Shown piece by piece: positions 25,147 to 34,694 of a stretch of 64,000 nucleotides of DNA (position 1 is its first letter; each line of letters opens with the position of its first letter). The stretch lies in the IMG/VR virus record IMGVR_UViG_3300020050_007563; one strand, given 5' to 3'. The stretch comes from an uncultured virus (IMG/VR IMGVR_UViG_3300020050_007563). Lineage: Duplodnaviria; Heunggongvirae; Uroviricota; Caudoviricetes. Both the position numbers and the translations under genes were made by a program. The notes beneath the pieces were generated by a model. It did no database searches and had not been told where the DNA came from. It saw nothing but the letters and a program-made list of their open reading frames with translations.

Positions 25147-25448
25147 TGGGTCAAAAGCGTATCGCGTACACTCATCACCGTTGCGTCACGGAGCGCCTCA
25201 CGGATCTTCCTCTCCACGACCGTGCGAGGAGGGCGGGCTGCGATCACGGAGTCGGTGTATCGACTGTACTGCGCCCGCTGCCATCGAAGGTCCTCGATCT
25301 CCATGAGATAGCGGTCGGCCTGAGCCTGTGCACTATCGGCGCGGGCTTCGATGGAATCCCGATCCGCTTCGGTATCGGTCAGCATCCCCGACAGGATGTT
25401 TATGGCGACCAGCGCCACCGCCAATGCTGCCCATGGAACGTACTTCAT
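25143..25448 (-). CDS. putative i-spanin-like protein
   Basis: N-terminal TM plus coiled coil, downstream of the endolysin. Confidence 0.5.
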   Translation of the reverse strand: MKYVPWAALAVALVAINILSGMLTDTEADRDSIEARADSAQAQADRYLMEIEDLRWQRAQYSRYTDSVIAARPPRTVVERKIREALRDATVMSVRDTLLTQ

Positions 25449-25467
25449 TGCGCTAATGTAGCGTTCG

Positions 25468-26088
25468 TTACCACCTGTTGATCCTGTGCACTGAAGCCTT
25501 CAGCCGCTTCCGTCGGCAGAACTGATTGCCATCACGCGATCCGTCCGTATTGGAGTTGCCCTCTGCCGTCAGGAGGTAGTCCTCCGTCTCCCCAACGATC
25601 AGAAAGCAATGGCCGATGCGCCCCAGGGATGAGTAGTATAGGGTGCCTATGTCACCATCCTCGGATATGCGCTGGTAGTCATGCCCTGGCCCCATGGGTT
25701 CGTACATCTCCAGTTGCCCCCTCCTGAATACCTCTCCGGACGTAGCCCACTGCGCTGCGGCTGCGAATTGGCGCTCAGGCACCAGCACATTCCCGCACTG
25801 ACGATGACACCAGTGCAGGGCGGCACTGCACCAGGGATACCCTTTGCCCAGCTTGACGCTCCGTAGGTACTCCTCAACTCGTAGGCCGCAGTTCGGGCAA
25901 CCCTCTTCCCTTACACCTATCTCACGCAATGCCACACGAACCACGCATGGCGTATCCGGAAGTACTGGGGCTAAGGACGCCTCAGCCGTTATCGGGGCGA
26001 TGTGACTTACAGGATCCCGCTTGCGATGATCACCGCACCCAGAAAGAAGGAAAGGAAGAGCACTCCAACACGCGAGAATGACCCCCAT
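25468..26088 (-). CDS. CHAP-domain endolysin with possible lipobox
   Basis: EIGVRE...YPWCSA...IGHCFLI...TAEGNSN; N-terminal FLLSGC. Confidence 0.8.
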   Translation of the reverse strand: MGVILACWSALPFLLSGCGDHRKRDPVSHIAPITAEASLAPVLPDTPCVVRVALREIGVREEGCPNCGLRVEEYLRSVKLGKGYPWCSAALHWCHRQCGNVLVPERQFAAAAQWATSGEVFRRGQLEMYEPMGPGHDYQRISEDGDIGTLYYSSLGRIGHCFLIVGETEDYLLTAEGNSNTDGSRDGNQFCRRKRLKASVHRINRW

Positions 26089-26354
26089 GCGGATTCCTTG
26101 AACTGCCGCTCGAAGAACAGAGCCAGCAGTAGGCTGAACGAGGCCATTACCGTCAGGTACATCAGCACCACGAAAAGCGGCTGGAGGATCTCCGGTCCGA
26201 GATCCGCTATCTGTGTGGGGTCTGCTGAGGTGATCCATGCGGCAAATTCGTTGAAGTTCCTGAAGGCCAGCCACAGGAGTGGCACCAACACCAGCAACAA
26301 AATGAGGTTGTTCGCGGTACGGGCCTTGGTCTGATTAGGCTTGCTGGCTTGCAT
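26007..26354 (-). CDS. holin-like membrane protein
   Basis: Three TM segments, upstream of the endolysin. Confidence 0.55.
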   Translation of the reverse strand: MQASKPNQTKARTANNLILLLVLVPLLWLAFRNFNEFAAWITSADPTQIADLGPEILQPLFVVLMYLTVMASFSLLLALFFERQFKESAWGSFSRVGVLFLSFFLGAVIIASGIL

Positions 26355-26486
26355 CTGGCTTGCGTATGGCGATGTTCAGCCCCATGAAACTCAGTTGGGC
26401 TATGGGCGTAGTGGCGCCGGTGTAGGTGATCTTGATCCAGCCTTTGTAGTACAGGAAGGCAAGAGCAAGCAGAGGAATGATCGCTA

Positions 26487-26756
26487 TCATCTGTGTAGAA
26501 TGGTTTCGTAAACGGACTTCGTGACCTGGGTGTTCATTTCGACGGCGGCCTTGAGGGAGGCGCTGCTTTCGGTGTTCGCAACGATCACGTCCTTGAAGTC
26601 CTTGGCGAACTCCTTCACGTCAGCCCTGTACTTCGCCTCCTGCCTCCTGATGTGTACCCACATGGCCACGACAGCCCCCGTCACGGGCGTCAGGACTCCG
26701 ATCACCCATGGAAGTGGAACTACTTGTGCTTGCTCAATGATCTGTGCTGTGACCAT
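26487..26756 (-). CDS. holin-like single-TM coiled-coil protein
   Basis: TM followed by RRQEAKYRADVKEF...VIVANTES. Confidence 0.5.
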   Translation of the reverse strand: MVTAQIIEQAQVVPLPWVIGVLTPVTGAVVAMWVHIRRQEAKYRADVKEFAKDFKDVIVANTESSASLKAAVEMNTQVTKSVYETILHR

Positions 26757-27205
26757 TCGATTCTGAGGTTGGGGTATTTGACTTCCAGGCCAAGCCTGTT
26801 CACGGCCCACGCGGCCATCACGAAGATCAGCATTATGGACAGGTCGTAGGGGAGGTCGAACTCACAGTCCCTTCCGGAGAAGACGTGGCAGAGGGATTCC
26901 GCCACATTCAGACCGCACATCTTCTGGACCCCCTGAGAGACGAAGAACAGAGCCCACGCCCGCAGGTAGTTGCGGGCGTGCTGATCCGGCTTCACCTTGG
27001 TGAACAGCAGCAGCATGATGGCCGACGCCATCGAGAGCGTCGTCATCCTGATCATCCATGGATCCAGAACAGTCTCGTCATACTGCTCCAGGGCCATTCC
27101 GTCCACCACGATGCGCTCCGTCATATTGGACGGAATGAACACATGGAGGTTCGTGAAAACCTCCATGCAGAACATGGACAGGACGATGATCAGGGATGGC
27201 CTCAT
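26720..27205 (-). CDS. multi-pass membrane protein
   Basis: Four hydrophobic segments. Confidence 0.6.
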   Translation of the reverse strand: MRPSLIIVLSMFCMEVFTNLHVFIPSNMTERIVVDGMALEQYDETVLDPWMIRMTTLSMASAIMLLLFTKVKPDQHARNYLRAWALFFVSQGVQKMCGLNVAESLCHVFSGRDCEFDLPYDLSIMLIFVMAAWAVNRLGLEVKYPNLRIEWSQHRSLSKHK

Positions 27206-27405
27206 GTCTTTCGTGGGTGACCCGGAGGATCGCTAGGGGCTGGGTTTGGCGGAACTGCTGGGTGCAAATTACGCCATTCGTCCAGAATAAGAGCGTTGTA
27301 CGAGAGTACCCACTTGTCGTGAGCCTCGTCATACCTGTCTCCCTTCTTCATGTTGTCCACCATCTCCTCTGTGAGGATGATGAGTTTGTCGAGCAAGTCA
27401 GGCAT
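27202..27405 (-). CDS. hypothetical protein
   Basis: Coupled ORF in the operon. Confidence 0.5.
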   Translation of the reverse strand: MPDLLDKLIILTEEMVDNMKKGDRYDEAHDKWVLSYNALILDEWRNLHPAVPPNPAPSDPPGHPRKT

Positions 27406-27613
27406 CGGTTCCTGTTTTTGGGTAGTTGTGCTGTCCGTTCTTGGAAGGATGATCGTTCACCTTCTTCAACATCTCTGGGATGCTGAGTTCCTTGGGCAGT
27501 CGGTTGGCCTTGGTCTTTTTTCTCCTTCGATCAGTGCGCATCCTCCACCACCCCCATCCGACCCAGCATGACGCCGCAATGAGTGCTACTGAAACTATCG
27601 CTATCTGCTCCAT
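27398..27613 (-). CDS. small membrane protein
   Basis: N-terminal TM plus basic region. Confidence 0.5.
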   Translation of the reverse strand: MEQIAIVSVALIAASCWVGWGWWRMRTDRRRKKTKANRLPKELSIPEMLKKVNDHPSKNGQHNYPKTGTDA

Positions 27614-27657
27614 AGCTTGTTTTCTTCAGACCTTGGTACGTGGCTTTCGCGTAGATG

Positions 27658-27870
27658 TCACAGAGCGTTTGTAAGGTAGATGACCTCCGACCGCATCCAC
27701 GTGGTCATTGCGGAAGCATTCTCCTCATGCCCGACCGCCGGATCGCCAGCCTCGCTATACGCTCTTTCCAAGAAAGAATCCATGGATTCTCCGGAAAGTA
27801 TGAGTGCTGCACGAAGTATCTTTTCTCGTGACAGGTCCTTGATGATCTGCTTAATGACTTCTGAGTTCAT
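27658..27870 (-). CDS. hypothetical protein
   Basis: A/C-rich leader plus ATG. Confidence 0.5.
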   Translation of the reverse strand: MNSEVIKQIIKDLSREKILRAALILSGESMDSFLERAYSEAGDPAVGHEENASAMTTWMRSEVIYLTNAL

Positions 27871-27936
27871 GTCGTTGTGTGTTTATTGTGTGTGTCTTGC
27901 TGGAGATCTTGCTTGCCGATGAAGCGCCTATGCGCC

Positions 27937-29082
27937 CTACGACAACCATGGTAGGTTGTCGTCGTATGGACCGTCAATGGTCAGATTTACGATTGTCTGG
28001 GTTTCTTTCATGAACACACCAAGGCAATGTGCGGTGGCTACGGAATCAACCACTGGCGGAACTCCGGTGGTTATGATCTCTGTTCCACTACCGAGGATCA
28101 CGGTAGCGCCAGTAGCATCCACTTGCCCTACGATCCTTCCGGAAATGCGACCGTTGGATGCGGCTGGCATCACAATGGCGATCTTTGTTTCCCCAGAGAT
28201 GAATACGCCGATGATGTTACAGTCGGAGATCTCTACCGCCGGACCCTCTGCTATGTTTGTGGCGTACACACACCCTCCGTCACACCTTGTAGCGCTCCTC
28301 AGCCGAACGTCTGCGTCAGATGCGTTATCAGTGTTCAAATAGAGTGTTCCTTGTATTATACAAGCGTCGAGTGTGCTAATGGCTGCATTTGGGATGCCTA
28401 CGGTCAGGACGCCGCTGATCTCACAAGTGTCCAATGTCACGTCTCCGAGTATTTCTGCGTGGTCAGATACGATCTTGATAGATGCAAGACTTACACTCTC
28501 CGTGTACTGGCCCGGAAAAAGATGGAGGACACTGGGCGCTGAAACGGCTGCGGCCCCGATAGTAAGGAATGGGAGGTCCATCCTGCCGAGTTGCCCGGTG
28601 CCGTCATCCCCATCAACACTCACATAGGCGGTTTGCCCAGTGGATGCCGCGTAGGCTGTCTCGTCAAACCTTGCTGCGAGCGCGGCGTTATCACTTGGCT
28701 GCCCCGTTAACGAAGCGAAGGAGGTACCTCCGCCTCCCCCGGAAGGGAATGCGGCATAAATGGCCGTCTCGGCGTTCTCATATCCTGCCGCGTCATTCGT
28801 CCATGTAGGCTGGTTCTGAACATCCGACAGTCGGAACATCTCCTTGCGTCCGTCCGCCAGATGGAGTTCCACTACCCAGTTAGTGGAGTAAGTGGTCGTA
28901 GTGGCGGCTGTCACCGGGATCGGCATACCCGGGACCGAACCATCCAGTCGCTCATTTGTCTGAACGAGCGGGTTGATACTGACCACATTTACATAGGTGA
29001 CGCTATCCAAGAGGATGTCATCACCGTCTCGGGCGATCTGGATGCGATTGGTCGCTAGGATGACGTTGATAGGTGCGTCCAT
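27937..29082 (-). CDS. tail-associated protein with beta-helix-like C-terminus
   Basis: AYVSVDGDDGTG..GR.DLPFLTIGAA...LFPGQYTE motif; the N-domain is paralogous to 29082..29393. Confidence 0.7.
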   Translation of the reverse strand: MDAPINVILATNRIQIARDGDDILLDSVTYVNVVSINPLVQTNERLDGSVPGMPIPVTAATTTTYSTNWVVELHLADGRKEMFRLSDVQNQPTWTNDAAGYENAETAIYAAFPSGGGGGTSFASLTGQPSDNAALAARFDETAYAASTGQTAYVSVDGDDGTGQLGRMDLPFLTIGAAAVSAPSVLHLFPGQYTESVSLASIKIVSDHAEILGDVTLDTCEISGVLTVGIPNAAISTLDACIIQGTLYLNTDNASDADVRLRSATRCDGGCVYATNIAEGPAVEISDCNIIGVFISGETKIAIVMPAASNGRISGRIVGQVDATGATVILGSGTEIITTGVPPVVDSVATAHCLGVFMKETQTIVNLTIDGPYDDNLPWLS

Positions 29083-29393
29083 CAGAAGTTGGCGTATATA
29101 TCGGTTTCGGCGTTCACGTATCCTGCGTAGTCATTCGTCCACGTGGGCTGTCCTGTGACATTTCCAAGTGGGATGGATTCGGTGCCAGTCCTCGTCTTGA
29201 TCACGACAAGCCACTGCTCGGAGATGGCCGAGTACGTCGGCGGTCCCATCAGGGGGTTGCTTGTCATCTGCCTGCCGATCTCTTCGGTCAGGTAGTTCAT
29301 TGAGACGATGTTGGAGTAGGTGACACTGTTCTTGAGTTCACCATCCACACTATACTGGAGCCGATTAGAGGCGAGTGTTACTTCTGTTGCCAT
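29082..29393 (-). CDS. small virion-associated protein
   Basis: Shares SVTY.N.VS and QPTWTND.AGY.NAET.IYA.F with the next gene. Confidence 0.75.
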   Translation of the reverse strand: MATEVTLASNRLQYSVDGELKNSVTYSNIVSMNYLTEEIGRQMTSNPLMGPPTYSAISEQWLVVIKTRTGTESIPLGNVTGQPTWTNDYAGYVNAETDIYANF

Positions 29394-31036
29394 TATTGCA
29401 CCCAGTCTGGTTTGTCTTGGACGAGCGTAATACCAATGTTCTGTGCGTCTTTCCAATCCACATCAGGAGTCACATTCCCGTTCACCCACGGAGATGCCGA
29501 GATACTGTCCGGAGGCTCGGCACGGATCCAGAGGACACGGTTCCATGTGGAGTCATTTCCAGAGTAGAGAGCCGGGTAGCTGACGGCGGCGATCTCTGCT
29601 GGGCTCGGTGCATACTTGGCGATGTAGATGTTATTGAGCGTGTAGTCTTCGGAGGTCAGAGCAATGAAGTCTCCAATGGTCTGATTACTTGCAGCGGTCG
29701 TGTCGTAAGACAATCCAACAGGCGTTGTATAGGATGGGGCGATCGAGGACGCCACAACTCCAGAGATCTCCAAGATGGCCGTGGTGCCATCGCTGAGGGT
29801 CATCGTGAAGTCCGGACCCGCCATGACCCCTGCGTCTGCTGAGTCCCGCTTTACACTCACGTATCTCCAAGTTCCGGTCGTCATAGCTGCCTTCGCCCCA
29901 GGAAACACGATGGTGGTATTGAAGACAGGACCTCCGGATCCGGAAATGGTGACGTTCAGAGCGAGTTCAAAATTTCCCAAGTAAATGATGCCATCCATAT
30001 TGAAGTTCGCGCCCGTATATGGCGTTGAGCCGTTGGCGACATTAGCACCGAGCGTGATGGGGCAGTAAAGTCCGGCCTCCTGCACTCCGGCTATCTTGAT
30101 GTTGTTGGAGATGAACCACTTGGGTTCATCCCACGGTAGAATATCCAGCTTGCCCGGCAGTACCGTGTTCAGGAACGGAACCGAGACCGCGTTGAACAAG
30201 ATGGACTTTGTGGCAAAAGGCGCCTGTGCCGCCTCAACAGTTCCATAGAACGGACCGTAGCGGCAGTAGTCGTCTTGCGTCAGGTAGGTAACGTCCACGT
30301 AGAGGGCGTCGTCGATCGTCACGGTGACGCTCGCCGGGATATCCTGCTCACTCCCAACATACACCCCGATCCAGTTGGTGGCGTCTGCGCTCACGCGGAT
30401 GACGATGGTGCGGTCGAAGAACGCATTGACCTGCGGGGCCCGGGAAGTGAGGTCTATGTCAAATCCATCCCGGACGGCATCCACTCGCGGGAAGTACGGA
30501 TAGGCAGAGCCCCCGACAACCACCCAATAGTCCAAATTCAGGACATTGTAGATGGGCTCTCCCTCGGCGGGCACTGTGTATGCACTATTGTAGACGATCT
30601 CCCCAAGATGAGAGGCCCACTCATTGCCAGACGAGTCAAGGTCGGATACGATGAGATAGGACTGCCCGAGTTGAGCCAAGTCTTGGAAGGACGCATCCAC
30701 TGCCGCCGCTACCGCGTATGGGGCTTGGACGTCGCAGTTGATGGGCCTGTCGCTCGGATCCCCGCACCCGCACACCACGCATCCTGGATCCATTAGTTGG
30801 ATCACTTCGCAAGCGAGTTCATCGCTCACACACATGCAATCGGTACACCCATCTCCTTCGATGGGGGTGCGAGCCATCACATCCTGCGCCCACCAGTAGA
30901 AGAGGGCGAGTGACTGGTTCTTCGCCGCACACTTCAGGTCGCCGTACTTCAGATCCTCACGGGACGCACTGAGGGCCTCCGCGCTGCAAAGAGCGTAGGC
31001 TTGGCGGCGTCCCACTATGAGGTTCGTATTCATCAT
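29393..31036 (-). CDS. putative tail protein (Cys-rich N-terminus, lectin-like C-terminus)
   Basis: 547 aa, beta-rich, in the tail operon. Confidence 0.6.
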   Translation of the reverse strand: MMNTNLIVGRRQAYALCSAEALSASREDLKYGDLKCAAKNQSLALFYWWAQDVMARTPIEGDGCTDCMCVSDELACEVIQLMDPGCVVCGCGDPSDRPINCDVQAPYAVAAAVDASFQDLAQLGQSYLIVSDLDSSGNEWASHLGEIVYNSAYTVPAEGEPIYNVLNLDYWVVVGGSAYPYFPRVDAVRDGFDIDLTSRAPQVNAFFDRTIVIRVSADATNWIGVYVGSEQDIPASVTVTIDDALYVDVTYLTQDDYCRYGPFYGTVEAAQAPFATKSILFNAVSVPFLNTVLPGKLDILPWDEPKWFISNNIKIAGVQEAGLYCPITLGANVANGSTPYTGANFNMDGIIYLGNFELALNVTISGSGGPVFNTTIVFPGAKAAMTTGTWRYVSVKRDSADAGVMAGPDFTMTLSDGTTAILEISGVVASSIAPSYTTPVGLSYDTTAASNQTIGDFIALTSEDYTLNNIYIAKYAPSPAEIAAVSYPALYSGNDSTWNRVLWIRAEPPDSISASPWVNGNVTPDVDWKDAQNIGITLVQDKPDWVQ

Positions 31037-32580
31037 CAGTATTCGTACTCAGGCAAGCCGATCGAACCGCTGTCATCCCACGCATCCACGAGCGGAGAAG
31101 CGAGTGCTGCTTGGCGGTTCCCGTAGGCGATGTCCATGGGGACTGCGGCCTCTCCGGAATCGGTAGTAAGCGTACCGCCGTTCGCGCTATTGTATGTGAA
31201 CTGGTGGAGTGTTGATGCGTATCGCGGAGTGTACTCGGCGCCCATGAACCACTTCTTACTATTGGCATTGGCTACGCCTGCCACATGGTGCATGAGGGTC
31301 CGCATATTGCCGAAGACCTTCAAGCCGGTAACATTCACATAGGAGTTCGTTCCTGTGAACCCAGTAGGGTACGGCTGCACCCTACACAGTAGCTCCGGGT
31401 ATGCTTGCGTAGCGGAGTAGTCCACCCCGCTGAAGTCGCAGATACACCACCCGATGCCGTCGAAAAGCATGGTGCTCTTGGCGTCGGCTAACGGTACTGA
31501 TCCAATGAAGGTTTCGACCTTCGTGCCCGTGGCTGTAAGGGTTGTCTCTGGTGTCAGGAGATTGACGCTCGGGTTGGACGGATCCGGGTAAGCCTCCGAC
31601 AAGAACGCTGTCGGGCACTCGTCGCACTCGAAATTCACGCTTGTGACTGTGGAATCACCGCGCAGCCAAACACCGGTCAGGTTACAGTAGAAGGAGCGAC
31701 AATCGTAGAGGGCCGTAGGGGTAGCCCCTGGAAGCTGGAAGCCGCCGTTGTTGAAGTTGTCGGCCTTGACGTTGTGGAACGAGGAGTTGGAGCCTGCTTT
31801 CCAGACAGCGATGCCAGCATCTTCGTAGGTCGTAACGTACTGATTGCCGCCATCCACGGCTTCTGGAGCGGACGCCTTCCTCCCATCTAAACGCACATCC
31901 ATCACACGAATACCCTCCATGTAGTTCTCGCGAGCCGTCGCTCCAGCGCCGCCCGTCAAGCCAAGGATGCCGGTGTAGAGAGTTCCGCCAACACTCTTAC
32001 TCCAGTTGAGACTCTGGAAGATGTGCTTCTGGGGGCCGTCATCGTTCGGAGAGATGTCCAGCCACTCCTCGTGCCAAATGGAGAGGCGCGTGCCGAAACT
32101 GATCTCGTTGGCCGGAGTGTTCAAGTCAGGAGCGGACTGCCCTGGACCATAGCCCTTATAGGTGCCATAGTTCCCGATGAGTGGATAGTTGATGTAGAAG
32201 CTACCGAGGGGCCACTGGATGTTGCACCGAGAGAGAGGGGTGGCTCCGAAGTACCATCCCTGCCCGATCCCGGCGCCGGTTGCCCAAACAGCATCGTTGT
32301 GGGCTGCTACGAATGATGAGCAGGCAAGGATCTGCGCGTCCGTCCATATATCCGCTCCGTTGTTCGGGACCCGATCAGGAACCCCGAGCCCAGACCTCGA
32401 ACTATCGCAGGTGCAGTAGGCGATCCACCATGGGTACTTGGCCGTAGCCGCGTCTACCCGCTGGGCATTTGTCCCCACCGTGAACTCATCCCCGATGGTG
32501 CAGATGCCATTGCTCGTGGGACCCATATCCCACGTAATGTTATAGTCTAGCTCAAGGTCAACGTTCTTGTCCCACTCCAT
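31036..32580 (-). CDS. putative tailspike / right-handed beta-helix protein
   Basis: Repeating beta-helix pattern (DVRLDG, HNVKADNF, DCRSFYC). Confidence 0.65.
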   Translation of the reverse strand: MEWDKNVDLELDYNITWDMGPTSNGICTIGDEFTVGTNAQRVDAATAKYPWWIAYCTCDSSRSGLGVPDRVPNNGADIWTDAQILACSSFVAAHNDAVWATGAGIGQGWYFGATPLSRCNIQWPLGSFYINYPLIGNYGTYKGYGPGQSAPDLNTPANEISFGTRLSIWHEEWLDISPNDDGPQKHIFQSLNWSKSVGGTLYTGILGLTGGAGATARENYMEGIRVMDVRLDGRKASAPEAVDGGNQYVTTYEDAGIAVWKAGSNSSFHNVKADNFNNGGFQLPGATPTALYDCRSFYCNLTGVWLRGDSTVTSVNFECDECPTAFLSEAYPDPSNPSVNLLTPETTLTATGTKVETFIGSVPLADAKSTMLFDGIGWCICDFSGVDYSATQAYPELLCRVQPYPTGFTGTNSYVNVTGLKVFGNMRTLMHHVAGVANANSKKWFMGAEYTPRYASTLHQFTYNSANGGTLTTDSGEAAVPMDIAYGNRQAALASPLVDAWDDSGSIGLPEYEY

Positions 32581-33971
32581 TAGATGATCGTGGTGTTCTG
32601 TTCAACAAAGGCGACATTCATCACCCCGTCAGTGGCGTTGTAGTAGCAATGGAGCTTGGCGACCTCTCCCGCCGTAAGGGTTGTCGGGTGAGTTACTCCG
32701 GGATTCTTGCTCCAGCGAGCAGCCGTGTAGCTGATCGTTACAGGACTGGCCGTTCCGTTCACTAACGAGAACACCCACTCGCAATCCCGCTGGGCAGTAG
32801 GAGTGGTGTAGTTAATGGTCTGGGCTGCGTGCAGGAATGTCAGTTCGTGATAGGCATAGTCGGTATTGAACTGCGTTGTGGCGCCGGAGGATGCGGTATT
32901 GATCAGATTCACCACATACTGGATGCTGCGCTGCATGTTCCATACGCGCGTGCCGGTAAGCTGTCCGACAGAGTTGTCGCTGACCGTCTGGAAGGTATCC
33001 GACCCTCCGCCTCCGGAGGTCGAGAATGTTACCGCAGTAGCCCACGAAGTCCCATTGTAAACCCAAAGTGTGACCACTGCGCCGATCTGCGTCCACCAAG
33101 AGTCTCCGGCATTCGCTGGCAGGCTGCTGGGGTTCGGAGTTGGATTGGTGGTTGAATACCCAAGAAGTCGGCTTGACGTGATCAAGCCGGTGGCTGGAGC
33201 GACCCACACTCCGGCATCCTTGTACCAAAACTGGATCTGACCTCCGTTGACCTGCTGGATGTGAACGTCTCCATTGGCCCCTCCTGTCGGAGCGGAAGCG
33301 GAGGAGGTCCAGACAGGCGTGTGGCCGTTCGTACCCGCTATACCGGCGGGGATCGTGAAGTCGAATATCGCCGCCGTTGGGGTGCCGGAGTTCGACACCA
33401 CCGCCGGAGAGCCTGGAACGCCCGTGCTTGTGCTGCCAACTGCGATCGTAGCTGCCTGACCATCAGGTCCAAATGGCCCTTGAAGCCCTCCGGGTGAGAC
33501 ATCCGACCCCGAAGCAACCACCGTACCGGGCGCAACGTTCTCCGCATATACGCCAGTGGCAGTGTTCTCCAGGTTCCGCAGAATGACCTGCGTGGCATTG
33601 GAGATGGTCGCCACGCGCATCCAGCCTGCGTTCTCCACGTATACGACCTGCCCCACCACCATGAAGGCGGTCGAGAGGACGTCTACGGTGACGAATGATG
33701 ACCCGTCCGCCGCAGGCATCACGAAGGATGCCGTGATCTGCGTGAAGGCATTGGCGCCATCCACGCCATCGTTCCCCGTCACCAACTCGAAATCGAAAAT
33801 GGCAGCGGTCGCGGTGCCTACGTTCGTGACCGTAGGGTCTGAACCAGCGGGGAGGCTCGTTACATCCCCGATCGCGATGGTCGCGGCTGTGCCGGGAGTG
33901 CCGGGGTCGCCCTTCTTGCCTCGCTGGAGCCTGATCGAGTCACAGCCGCATGAGGATTTGCAGTTACACAT
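32580..33971 (-). CDS. tail fibre protein with collagen-like and AATIAxG...AIFDF repeats
   Basis: GKKGDPGTPG; two copies of AATIA.G....PGS...V.N.GT.TAAIFDF. Confidence 0.75.
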   Translation of the reverse strand: MCNCKSSCGCDSIRLQRGKKGDPGTPGTAATIAIGDVTSLPAGSDPTVTNVGTATAAIFDFELVTGNDGVDGANAFTQITASFVMPAADGSSFVTVDVLSTAFMVVGQVVYVENAGWMRVATISNATQVILRNLENTATGVYAENVAPGTVVASGSDVSPGGLQGPFGPDGQAATIAVGSTSTGVPGSPAVVSNSGTPTAAIFDFTIPAGIAGTNGHTPVWTSSASAPTGGANGDVHIQQVNGGQIQFWYKDAGVWVAPATGLITSSRLLGYSTTNPTPNPSSLPANAGDSWWTQIGAVVTLWVYNGTSWATAVTFSTSGGGGSDTFQTVSDNSVGQLTGTRVWNMQRSIQYVVNLINTASSGATTQFNTDYAYHELTFLHAAQTINYTTPTAQRDCEWVFSLVNGTASPVTISYTAARWSKNPGVTHPTTLTAGEVAKLHCYYNATDGVMNVAFVEQNTTII

Positions 33972-33977
33972 GGCTGG

Positions 33978-34598
33978 TCAACATTGGCAAAGGACGTAAT
34001 GATTGTATAGCCAGTCGGCTTCTTCTTGGAACTGCACCTCTAGGTTCACGCACCCGATGAAGTCGCGCCAGATGCGGTAACGCATGTAAAGATCTTGGAT
34101 CGAAGAGCCTCCGCAATCACAAGGACACCCACCGCCATTCTGCGCGTAGTAGCGCTTCATGGTTTGGTCGATCTTGCTGGTGAGATCCCCGGTGAATCCA
34201 AACTTGTTGTCGGTGGAGTAGTCGTAGGTCTCTACGTTCTCCCATATAGCGGTGGTGTTCATGGCCCACCATCCACTGCGGAGCGACTCAACGCCGAGGT
34301 CTTCCAGCGTGAACTCCCATGTCACATAACCCGTAACGGGGTCGATCGTGTGGCTGGTTGTCAGAAGATCGGCTGTGAAGTCCGGAGTACCTGTTGGATC
34401 GTATCCACCTTCCTTGGCGAAGAAGATGGCGATACTGAACTCAGAGTATCCGTATACACCTGAAAGACTGAGCGTTGGTACGGATTGAGCAGGCGCCCCG
34501 TAGCCCCACGCATTCTCTGGTCCGAAGAATCCGGTAAGGTCCGTGACCTTTATCCCCGTGCACGTTTCGCTGAGGCAGATGTTCAACTCAAAGGCCAT
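33978..34598 (-). CDS. putative tail hub/structural protein
   Basis: First gene of the tail operon; Cys-rich C-terminus. Confidence 0.55.
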   Translation of the reverse strand: MAFELNICLSETCTGIKVTDLTGFFGPENAWGYGAPAQSVPTLSLSGVYGYSEFSIAIFFAKEGGYDPTGTPDFTADLLTTSHTIDPVTGYVTWEFTLEDLGVESLRSGWWAMNTTAIWENVETYDYSTDNKFGFTGDLTSKIDQTMKRYYAQNGGGCPCDCGGSSIQDLYMRYRIWRDFIGCVNLEVQFQEEADWLYNHYVLCQC

Positions 34599-34626
34599 CC
34601 CGAGAACGTGTTAGGGGGTGTCATCG

Positions 34627-34694
34627 GGGGCGAATGTATGGCTGAAATCGTTCCGTCCAATTCCCATTTGCTGGACACATCATACATTCGCCCC
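34627..34694. promoter_or_regulatory. divergent promoter pair for the two virion operons
   Basis: 14-bp inverted repeat GGGGCGAATGTATG (34627-34640) / CATACATTCGCCCC (34681-34694), each containing TACATTCG. Confidence 0.7.
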
